A DNA stretch of 64,000 nucleotides. Source: an uncultured Flavobacteriaceae bacterium. GTDB taxonomy: Bacteria; Bacteroidota; Bacteroidia; Flavobacteriales; Flavobacteriaceae. Numbering within the stretch: position 1 is the first letter of the stretch; each line of letters begins with the position of its first letter. Below, piece after piece: positions 9,606 to 17,952 of the stretch. The position numbers were made by a program, and so were the translations under genes. The notes under the pieces were generated by a model. That model was given only the letters and a program-made list of their open reading frames with translations. It was not told where the DNA came from and searched no databases. The DNA is taken from the NCBI GenBank assembly GCA_965367745.1, contig CBDUKG010000004.1, positions 2,197 through 66,196 of the forward strand, in the 5' to 3' direction.

Positions 9606-10916
9606 CTAAACTTCAATCCCTTTCATCATTTTATTCCAATATAAATATGGAAGTCCATATTTTTTTAGCATCCACAAGCGCCAATGTTCTTTAGAAGAAT
9701 CTTCAATCATTAATGGAAACTGCTTTAATTTTGGATCTGGTTCAAAGTTTTGATTGTAGTCAAACTCCGCTAATACCATTTTTCCATAACCTGTAACTAA
9801 CGGACAAGAAGTATATCCTTTATATTCTTTAGCAGATAAATTATTGGTTTCAATTAATTTTAAAATATTTTCAACAACAACAGGAGCTTGTTTTCTAATA
9901 GCAGCTCCCGTTTTAGAAGTTGGTAAATTAGAAACATCACCTAAACTAAAAATATTTGAAAATTTTGTATGTTGCATCGTTCCTTTATTTACATCAACCC
10001 AACCAGTTTCTGAAGCCAATGGTGAGTTTGTTATAAAATCCGGAGCACATTGTGGTGGTGCTAAATGCATCATATCAAAATGAATTCCGTATCTGTCGCC
10101 TTCTCTTGTAACCTTTACATCTTTGTAATTGTATTGAATATCTCTATCTAAAGAAGCTTCATCGCCATCTGCAATGGTAACGCAACCACCTGCGGTCAAA
10201 TCCTTATCTATTTCGTACCAGGCAATTTTTTTGTCAGCATCAACCTTTACTAATCTATGAAAAAATCGAACATTAATATCTTTCTTATCAACAACATTCA
10301 TTAAAGTATCTGCAATAATTTTTACGCCAAAGATAGATCCGCTTGGCAATGCAAATACAATATCTGTATGTTTTCTAACTCCTATTTTTCTAAAATGTTC
10401 GTCTGCCAAATACATTATTTTTTGAGGAGCTCCTCCACATTTAATTGGAGTTGCAGGCTGCGTAAATAATGCAGTTCCTCCTTTAAAATCCTTAAGAAGC
10501 TTCCATGTGTAATTTGGGTCTGTATAATTACTACAAACAATGCCTTTATCCATTGCTTCTTGCAACCCCTCAATCATATCAGGTGCAATTTTTAAACCTG
10601 GAGCAACTACCAAATAGTCGTAAGTAAATTCATTTCCTTTTCTAGTTATAATTTTATTGCTTTTCGGTTCAAATTTATCTGCATATTCTTTAATCCATTC
10701 AACTCCTTTTGGAATTAAGGATGCCATTGGTCTAGAAGTTTTATCATAGTTGTAGGTGTTAGCTCCAACTAAAGTCCATGCAGGTTGGTAAAAATGGGTT
10801 TCAGAAGGTTCTATAATTGCTATTTGTAAAGCGTTATTTTTCCTTTTTAACATTGAAGAAACCATAATTCCAGCAGTTCCTGCTCCAATAACTAGCACTT
10901 GAAAATGTTTTGACAT
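9606..10916 (-). CDS. sqr: sulfide:quinone oxidoreductase, type II-like FAD oxidoreductase
   Basis: GAGTAG FAD motif, YQPAWTLVG, KCGGAPQK and YTSCPLVTG catalytic Cys pair, C-terminal LYWNKM. Confidence 0.85.
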   Translation of the reverse strand: MSKHFQVLVIGAGTAGIMVSSMLKRKNNALQIAIIEPSETHFYQPAWTLVGANTYNYDKTSRPMASLIPKGVEWIKEYADKFEPKSNKIITRKGNEFTYDYLVVAPGLKIAPDMIEGLQEAMDKGIVCSNYTDPNYTWKLLKDFKGGTALFTQPATPIKCGGAPQKIMYLADEHFRKIGVRKHTDIVFALPSGSIFGVKIIADTLMNVVDKKDINVRFFHRLVKVDADKKIAWYEIDKDLTAGGCVTIADGDEASLDRDIQYNYKDVKVTREGDRYGIHFDMMHLAPPQCAPDFITNSPLASETGWVDVNKGTMQHTKFSNIFSLGDVSNLPTSKTGAAIRKQAPVVVENILKLIETNNLSAKEYKGYTSCPLVTGYGKMVLAEFDYNQNFEPDPKLKQFPLMIEDSSKEHWRLWMLKKYGLPYLYWNKMMKGIEV

Positions 10917-10964
10917 TTGAATGAAATTTTTAGATTAATACTTTTTCAACTTAGAAAATTATGT

Positions 10965-11009
10965 AAAAAAAAACTATTCTATGTGATAAAAATCACTTAG
11001 AATAGTTTT
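10965..11009 (-). terminator. terminator-like hairpin containing a CRP/FNR-like box
   Basis: AAAACTATTCTA-TGTGAT..ATCACT-TAGAATAGTTTT with an A-tract on plus (U-tract on minus). Confidence 0.65.
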
Positions 11010-11053
11010 CAAAAAGGGCTTTATATGTTTAGTTTAAAACGGATTTAAATAGT

Positions 11054-14000
11054 TTAATCTAAATTAATTAGCTCAATATCACTTTCTTTTACTTTTTTGT
11101 TAAGTTGTTTTACATCTTTATTGAAAATAGCATAGATTATAACTAATTCATCATCAATTAGTTTAGTGATTTCATTCTTAAATGTAATAGATTGATCTGT
11201 TGGTTTAAAATCCCCAATAGAACTTAAGGAATTTAAATGCGCCAGTTTGTTATTTAACTTAATTGGAAAATTTAAAGGATCTTGACTGCTTTTGCTTTTA
11301 GTTTGATATAATTCGTTTTCATGTTTGGTTAAGTCTTTAACAATTTTATCTGCCAATTCAATAATTTCTTTATTTTTTTCTTTGTCAGAAATTGAACTTT
11401 TTAACTGATTTACCTGAGCCTTAATCTTGGTAATATTTTTTAATGTTTTATGAATTTCAGTTAATTTTTCTTGAATTTCAATAATAAAATTAAATTGCGC
11501 TACTAAATCTTCTTTTGATGCAGTACTTCTTGGATCTAGTAATAAATTAAAGGTTTGTTCAGCAACTTGATTTCCATTCAAATCCATTTTAACTATATAT
11601 TCTCCAGGTAACGCTTTTGGACCTTTTAAAGATGCCCACCATAAAATCATCCCTTTTACCTTTTCAGCATCAGGATATTGCATATTCCAATTAAAACTAT
11701 TCGCACCTTTTACTGCTTTAAATTTTTCTTCATCTTGACTCTCATCTGGTTTTGTTGAGAAGGTTTTTATATGTTTTCCTTCTTTTTCGAAAAAGGACAA
11801 ACTTAAAGTATCTTCTTTTTGAAGGTTTTTAACAAAATAATTTATAATTACTCCTCCAGGATGATTTTGTCCAGCAGTTTTAGATTTTCGGCTACTTCCT
11901 CCCATTCTGTAGCTATCCATTGGTTTGTATAAAAAAGATTCTTTTGAAATAAGCTTCTCATTTAATTGGTGAAGCGGTGTTAAATCATCAATAATCCAAA
12001 AACTTCTTCCTTGGGTAGCCGCAATTAGATTGTTATTTTTAATAGTTAAATCTGTAATAGGAACAATTGGTAAATTTAATTGAAATGGTTTCCAGTTAGC
12101 GCCATCGTCAAAACTAATGTACATACCATTTTCAGTTCCAGCATATAACAATCCTTTTCTATTAGGATCACTTCGTAAAGCTCGAGTGAAATGTTCCGAA
12201 GCAATACCGTTTGTAATTAATTTCCATGTTTTACCATAATCTTCAGTTTTGTAGATAAATGGTGTATAATCTCCTAATTTGTACCTAGTTCCAATAATAT
12301 AAGCACCACCAGCGGTAAAGGGATCAACTTCAATACAGTTAATCATTGTCCATTCAGGCATTTTTTCAGGAGTTACGTTAGTCCAGTTTTTACCACCATC
12401 TTTTGTAATATGAATAAGCCCATCATCTGAACCAGTCCAAATTAAATCCTTTTCAAAAGGAGATTCTACTGCAGCAAAAATAGTTCCGTAATATTCTACT
12501 CCAGTATTGTCTTTTGTAATTGGACCACCAGAAGGGCCTAGTGTTTTAGGATCATTTCTGGTTAAATCTGGGCTGATGATTTCAAAAGATTGACCTTCAT
12601 TATAAGTTACATGAACGAAATTAGAAGTTGTGTACATCTTTTTCGGATTGTGTGGCGAAAAGAAAATAGGATAATTCCACTGAAAACGATATTTCATATC
12701 CTCAGCACCGTGTCCCATTGGATCATCAGGCCAAACATTAACTACTCTTCTTTCTTCGGTTTTATGATTTACTCTAGTTAGCAATCCGCCATAACTTCCA
12801 CCGTAAACAATATCATTATTTAAAGGATCCACCGCAATATGAGCGCTTTCTCCACCAGCAGTGCTTTCCCAATCGCTTTCGCCAATAGTCCCTCCGTTAG
12901 TTCTGTGTGAAATTCTAACTGTTGAATTGTCTTGCTGAGCGCCATAAATTCTATATGGAAAATGATTGTCGGTAACAACTCTATAAAATTGAGAAGTTGG
13001 CTGATTGTAATAGGTACTCCAATTTTCACCAGCATCAAAACTTATTTGCGCACCACCATCATCGGCAATTATCATTCGTTGGTTATCTTCAGGTGCAATC
13101 CATAAATCATGATGATCACCATGTGGAGCATTAAATGTTTTAAACGTTTTACCACCATCTTTAGATTGATGGTATTGAACATTCATTACATACACTGTAT
13201 TTTCATCTTGTGTATCAGCGTAAATACGTGTATAATACCAAGCACGTTGACGTAATTTACGTTCTTTATTAATTAATTTCCACGTTTTCCCAGCATCTAA
13301 AGATTTGTAAATTCCACCATCTTTATTTTCTATTAACGCCCAAACAATGTCAGAATTAATTGGAGAAACCGCAATACCACTTATTCCCCAAATTCCTTCT
13401 GGTAAACCATCATTTGTTGAAATATTTATCCAAGTTTCTCCTTCATCAGTACTTTTCCAAAGTGCAGAACCTTCACCTCCACTTGATAAACTATAAGGTG
13501 TTCTTCTTACATTCCAAGTTGAAGCATATAAAATACGTGGGTTTGTTGGATCGAAAATTAAATCAACTGCACCAGCATTTTCGTTAGAATACAATACTTT
13601 TTTCCAGTTTTTTCCACCATCAATTGATTTATAAACACCTCTTTCTTGAGTCGGTTTGTATAAATCACCTAAAACAGCTGCAAAAACAATGTCTGAATTT
13701 TTAGGGTGAATTCTAACTCTAGGAATGTGTCTCGAATTTTTTAAGCCAATATGTTCCCAGGTTTTACCAGCATTTGCAGATTTCCACATTCCATCTCCCG
13801 AAGAAACATTTCCTCTTACAGTTACTTCACCATTACCAACATAAATTACATTAGTATCTGATTCACTTACAGCAACTGCACCAACAGATCCTCCAAAAAA
13901 CCCATCTGAAATATTACTCCAAGTATTACCAGCATCTGTAGTTTTCCAAACACCACCACCAGTTGCACCAAAATAATACAAATTTGCTTTGTTTGGCACA

Positions 14001-14161
14001 CCAGTAACTGCAGCACTTCTGCCTCCTCTAAATGGTCCAATATTACGATACTCAATAGATTTGTAATATTCTTCACTAAATTTGGATACTATTTTTTGAG
14101 CATTAACTTTGTGGGCTGAAATAAAAATAAAACAGCTTACTAGTAAAAAGTATTTTTTCAT
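11054..14161 (-). CDS. secreted BNR/Asp-box (VPS10/sortilin-like) beta-propeller protein, putative glycosyl hydrolase
   Basis: Signal peptide, RNIGPFRGGR, about 11 Asp-boxes (e.g. TTDAGNTW, SIDGGKNW, TKDGGKNW), HGDHHDLW, helical C-terminus. Confidence 0.88.
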   Translation of the reverse strand: MKKYFLLVSCFIFISAHKVNAQKIVSKFSEEYYKSIEYRNIGPFRGGRSAAVTGVPNKANLYYFGATGGGVWKTTDAGNTWSNISDGFFGGSVGAVAVSESDTNVIYVGNGEVTVRGNVSSGDGMWKSANAGKTWEHIGLKNSRHIPRVRIHPKNSDIVFAAVLGDLYKPTQERGVYKSIDGGKNWKKVLYSNENAGAVDLIFDPTNPRILYASTWNVRRTPYSLSSGGEGSALWKSTDEGETWINISTNDGLPEGIWGISGIAVSPINSDIVWALIENKDGGIYKSLDAGKTWKLINKERKLRQRAWYYTRIYADTQDENTVYVMNVQYHQSKDGGKTFKTFNAPHGDHHDLWIAPEDNQRMIIADDGGAQISFDAGENWSTYYNQPTSQFYRVVTDNHFPYRIYGAQQDNSTVRISHRTNGGTIGESDWESTAGGESAHIAVDPLNNDIVYGGSYGGLLTRVNHKTEERRVVNVWPDDPMGHGAEDMKYRFQWNYPIFFSPHNPKKMYTTSNFVHVTYNEGQSFEIISPDLTRNDPKTLGPSGGPITKDNTGVEYYGTIFAAVESPFEKDLIWTGSDDGLIHITKDGGKNWTNVTPEKMPEWTMINCIEVDPFTAGGAYIIGTRYKLGDYTPFIYKTEDYGKTWKLITNGIASEHFTRALRSDPNRKGLLYAGTENGMYISFDDGANWKPFQLNLPIVPITDLTIKNNNLIAATQGRSFWIIDDLTPLHQLNEKLISKESFLYKPMDSYRMGGSSRKSKTAGQNHPGGVIINYFVKNLQKEDTLSLSFFEKEGKHIKTFSTKPDESQDEEKFKAVKGANSFNWNMQYPDAEKVKGMILWWASLKGPKALPGEYIVKMDLNGNQVAEQTFNLLLDPRSTASKEDLVAQFNFIIEIQEKLTEIHKTLKNITKIKAQVNQLKSSISDKEKNKEIIELADKIVKDLTKHENELYQTKSKSSQDPLNFPIKLNNKLAHLNSLSSIGDFKPTDQSITFKNEITKLIDDELVIIYAIFNKDVKQLNKKVKESDIELINLD

Positions 14162-14242
14162 GATGTTTGGTTGAATTGTTTGAAATTAACTGAAGAGTAA
14201 ATCTATAAAAAATATTTTATAATAAAGTATAAATTATCACGT

Positions 14243-15460
14243 ATGGAATTGTTAAAAATTGACAAAATAAATAATACAGTAAACGGAACTATACAAATTA
14301 CTGGTTCAAAAAGTGAAACCAATCGATTATTGGTTTTACAGCAGTTTTATCCAAATTTAAAGATTGATAATATCTCAAATTCTGATGATTCCAAACTTAT
14401 GCAAAAAGCGTTGGCAAGTTCTTCAAATGAAATAAATATAGGACATGCAGGTACGGCAATGCGATTTTTAACTTCTTATTTTTCGGTTAAAGAAAATTCT
14501 GAAATAGTGTTAACGGGTTCACATAGAATGAAGAACAGGCCTATTAAAATATTGATAGATGCTTTAACTTCATTGGGTGCAAAAATAGAATATGTTGAAA
14601 AAGAAGGCTACCCTCCATTAAAAATTACGGGAAGAAAATTAACAAAAAGCATTGTTGAGATTGATGGAAATGTAAGTAGTCAGTATATAACATCGTTGCT
14701 TTTAATAGCGCCAACTTTGGAAAACGGGCTGCAATTAAAATTTAAAGGAAAAATAACATCAGTGCCTTATATAAAAATGACATTAACTTTGTTGGCAGAA
14801 TTAGGGGTTGGTCTTTCTTGGAATGATGATACAATTACCATTCAACCAAAACCTATAATTGAGAACAAGACTATAGTTGTAGAGTCTGATTGGAGTTCAG
14901 CATCCTATTATTATAGTTTGTGTGCTTTGAGCCCGAATTCTGAAATAATATTGTCTTCATACAAAAAAACAAGCTTACAAGGCGATTCTGTGTTGTCTGA
15001 AATTTATAAGAATTTGGGTGTAGAAACCGTTTTTAAAGAAAATTCGATACTATTAAAAAACACAAAAACTTTAGACTTTAGTCTTTTATCTTTAGACTTA
15101 ATAAATGCTCCAGACATTGCCCAAACAATAGCAGTAACTTGTTTTGGCTTAGGAATAGAATGTTTTTTAACTGGACTTCGTACATTAAAAATTAAAGAAA
15201 CCGATAGGTTAGTGGCACTAAAATGTGAAATTGAAAAACTAGGAGGAAAGGTTGAAATAACAAATGAAACTTTACATTTAAAACCGTCGACTAAAATTAA
15301 TCAGAATATTAGTGTTGCAACGTACGATGATCACAGAATGGCGATGGCTTTTGCCCCCTTGGCTTTAAAGGTTCCTTTGCAAATTGAAGATCCAAATGTA
15401 GTTTCAAAATCGTACCCAACTTTTTGGAAAGACTTTAACCAGTTGACAATTAATAACTAA
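14243..15460 (+). CDS. aroA: 3-phosphoshikimate 1-carboxyvinyltransferase
   Basis: GSKSETNR, AGTAMRF, SSQY, KETDR and DHRMAMAF motifs. Confidence 0.98.
   Translation: MELLKIDKINNTVNGTIQITGSKSETNRLLVLQQFYPNLKIDNISNSDDSKLMQKALASSSNEINIGHAGTAMRFLTSYFSVKENSEIVLTGSHRMKNRPIKILIDALTSLGAKIEYVEKEGYPPLKITGRKLTKSIVEIDGNVSSQYITSLLLIAPTLENGLQLKFKGKITSVPYIKMTLTLLAELGVGLSWNDDTITIQPKPIIENKTIVVESDWSSASYYYSLCALSPNSEIILSSYKKTSLQGDSVLSEIYKNLGVETVFKENSILLKNTKTLDFSLLSLDLINAPDIAQTIAVTCFGLGIECFLTGLRTLKIKETDRLVALKCEIEKLGGKVEITNETLHLKPSTKINQNISVATYDDHRMAMAFAPLALKVPLQIEDPNVVSKSYPTFWKDFNQLTINN
15069..15096 (+). repeat. 4 x heptamer CTTTAGA-like tandem repeat inside aroA
   Basis: CTTTAGA CTTTAGT CTTTTAT CTTTAGA. Confidence 0.7.
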
Positions 15461-15562
15461 CAATTACTAATTTATTTAGTTTGAATTAGTTAATTATTGG
15501 GACTAAACGGTTAACTTTTTAGCTTTCAAAACTTAAGACACAGAAAATTTATTGCAAATCAC

Positions 15563-15594
15563 TTGACAACGCCTATGCCGATGTTGTATATTTG
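15563..15594 (+). promoter_or_regulatory. Bacteroidota sigma-A promoter of queA
   Basis: TTG 15563-65 and TATATTTG 15587-94. Confidence 0.7.
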
Positions 15595-15695
15595 CGCTCA
15601 TTCAATCAAAAACGAATAAAATAGGCTACTTAAATTTTCTGATTTTAAGAACTGTTTTAACTTTTTGTAATACTAAAAAATACTAAAAACCACAT

Positions 15696-16745
15696 ATGAA
15701 ATTATCACATTTTAAATTTGAATTACCAGAAGATTTATTAGCTGAATATCCTGCAGAGCACAGAGATGAATCACGCTTAATGGTTTTGAATAGAAAAGAA
15801 AAAACAATTGAGCATAAGCAATTTAAAGATTTAATCAATTATTTTGATGAAGGAGATTTAATGATTTTAAATAACACAAAGGTTTTTCCTGCGCGTATGT
15901 ATGGCGAAAAAGAAAAAACTGGTGCAAGAATTGAAGTATTTTTATTAAGAGAATTAAATGCAGAAAGTAGATTGTGGGATGTTTTAGTAGATCCAGCAAG
16001 AAAAATAAGAATTGGTAACAAATTATTTTTTGGTGAAGATGAAAGTTTAGTTGCAGAAGTTATAGATAATACAACCTCAAGAGGTAGAACTTTACGTTTT
16101 TTATATGATGGTTCTTACGAAGAATTTAGAAAAAAATTAGAAGAATTAGGAGAAACTCCACTTCCAAAATATATTAAAAGAGAAGTTAATGCAGATGATG
16201 AAGAACGTTACCAAACAATTTATGCCAAACACGAAGGTGCCGTTGCTGCACCTACTGCTGGTTTACACTTTTCTAAACACTTAATGAAACGTTTAGAAAT
16301 TAAAGGTGTCGATTTTGCTGAGGTAACATTGCATGTTGGTTTAGGTACTTTTAGTGCTGTTGAAGTTGAAGATTTATCGAAACATAAAATGGATTCTGAA
16401 CAAGCAATAATTAGTGAAGAAACTGCGGATAAAGTTAATAATGCAATTGATTCTAAAAGAAGAGTTTGTGCTGTTGGTACAACTGCTATGAGAGCAATTG
16501 AAAGTTCGGTTTCTTCAAATAGCAGGTTAAATTCTTATAATGGTTGGACTAATAAATTTATTTTTCCTCCGTATGAATTTAGCATTGCTAATTGTATGAT
16601 TACAAACTTTCATACTCCTAAATCTACTTTAATGATGCAAGCAGCCGCATTTGCTGGTTACGATTTTTTAATGGAAGCGTATGAAGTTGCTGTTAAAGAA
16701 AAATACAAGTTTTATTCTTACGGAGACGCAATGTTAATTATTTAA
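15696..16745 (+). CDS. queA: tRNA preQ1 S-adenosylmethionine ribosyltransferase-isomerase
   Basis: [35 protein letters not shown] and YSYGDAM motifs. Confidence 0.98.
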   Translation: MKLSHFKFELPEDLLAEYPAEHRDESRLMVLNRKEKTIEHKQFKDLINYFDEGDLMILNNTKVFPARMYGEKEKTGARIEVFLLRELNAESRLWDVLVDPARKIRIGNKLFFGEDESLVAEVIDNTTSRGRTLRFLYDGSYEEFRKKLEELGETPLPKYIKREVNADDEERYQTIYAKHEGAVAAPTAGLHFSKHLMKRLEIKGVDFAEVTLHVGLGTFSAVEVEDLSKHKMDSEQAIISEETADKVNNAIDSKRRVCAVGTTAMRAIESSVSSNSRLNSYNGWTNKFIFPPYEFSIANCMITNFHTPKSTLMMQAAAFAGYDFLMEAYEVAVKEKYKFYSYGDAMLII

Positions 16746-16772
16746 ATATTACTATATATTTTATAGAATATT

Positions 16773-16799
16773 GATTCCCGCTTTTGCGGGAATCTTTTT
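16773..16799 (+). repeat. REP-like palindrome ATTCCC-N8-GGGAAT followed by a T-tract (terminator-like)
   Basis: GATTCCCGCTTTTGCGGGAATC-TTTTT. Confidence 0.7.
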
Positions 16800-16816
16800 A
16801 TAAACTAGTTTTTAAA

Positions 16817-17857
16817 ATGGATAAGAAAAAAGACATACGAGCATTAACAAAAACCGAATTACGAGATTTTTTTGTAGATAATGGTGATAAATCATTTAGA
16901 GGAAATCAGGTTTACGAGTGGTTGTGGAGTAAAAGTGCTCATTCTTTTGAAGATATGACAAATATTTCAAAGGAAACACGCCAAATGTTGGAAGATAACT
17001 TTGTAATAAACCATATTAAAGTTGACGATATGCAACGCAGTTCTGATGGAACTGTTAAAAATGCAGTGCGTTTACATGATGGCTTGGTTGTGGAATCTGT
17101 TTTAATTCCAACAGGCAGTAGAACAACAGCCTGTGTATCAAGTCAAGTTGGATGTAGTTTAGATTGTAGTTTTTGTGCAACTGCACGCTTAAAGAAAATG
17201 CGTAATTTAAATCCAGATGAAATTTTTGATCAGGTTGCGGCAATAAATCAAGAAAGCTTGTTGTATTACAATCATAAATTATCAAACATTGTTTTTATGG
17301 GAATGGGAGAACCATTGATGAATTACAATAATGTGCTTAAATCTATAGAAAAAATCACTTCTGAAGAAGGTTTAGGAATGTCTCCAAAACGGATTACGGT
17401 TTCTACTTCAGGAGTTCCTAAAATGATAAAAAAATTAGCGGATGACGATGTTAAATTTAATTTAGCAGTTTCTTTACACTCTGCAATTGATGAGGTTAGG
17501 TCAAAAATAATGCCTTTTAGCAAAGCTTTTCCGCTAGAAGAATTAAAAGAATCTTTAGAATATTGGTATGCAAAAACAAATAGCAGAGTAACTTATGAAT
17601 ACGTTGTTTGGGAAGGAATTAATGACTCAAAAGATGCCATACATGCATTGGTTAAATTTTGTAAATATGTGCCTTGTAAAGTCAATCTAATAGAATATAA
17701 CCCAATTGGTGATGGAGATTTTCAACAAGCAAGACCTCAAGCCATAGACGATTATATTAGTATTTTAGAAATGAATGATATAATTGTAAATGTAAGAAGA
17801 AGTAGGGGAAAAGATATTGACGCAGCTTGCGGCCAATTAGCAAATAAGAAAAGTTAG
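16817..17857 (+). CDS. rlmN: 23S rRNA m2A2503/tRNA methyltransferase (radical SAM)
   Basis: CSLDCSFC, MGMGEP and DAACGQL motifs; ATG 16817 preferred over the TTG at 16784. Confidence 0.97.
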   Translation: MDKKKDIRALTKTELRDFFVDNGDKSFRGNQVYEWLWSKSAHSFEDMTNISKETRQMLEDNFVINHIKVDDMQRSSDGTVKNAVRLHDGLVVESVLIPTGSRTTACVSSQVGCSLDCSFCATARLKKMRNLNPDEIFDQVAAINQESLLYYNHKLSNIVFMGMGEPLMNYNNVLKSIEKITSEEGLGMSPKRITVSTSGVPKMIKKLADDDVKFNLAVSLHSAIDEVRSKIMPFSKAFPLEELKESLEYWYAKTNSRVTYEYVVWEGINDSKDAIHALVKFCKYVPCKVNLIEYNPIGDGDFQQARPQAIDDYISILEMNDIIVNVRRSRGKDIDAACGQLANKKS

Positions 17858-17902
17858 ATTAAAAACAATATCAATTTTTTTAATGATATTGTGATATAAA
17901 AC

Positions 17903-17936
17903 AAAAAAATCGAGGTTTATAGCCTCGATTTTTTTT
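17903..17936. terminator. bidirectional intrinsic terminator (rlmN/infB)
   Basis: A-tract-TCGAGG..CCTCGA-T-tract. Confidence 0.85.
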
Positions 17937-17952
17937 ATAGTATTAGAAATTA

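Noticed and set aside
15595-15695. preQ1 riboswitch upstream of queA
   Set aside because: No recognisable preQ1 stem-loop consensus
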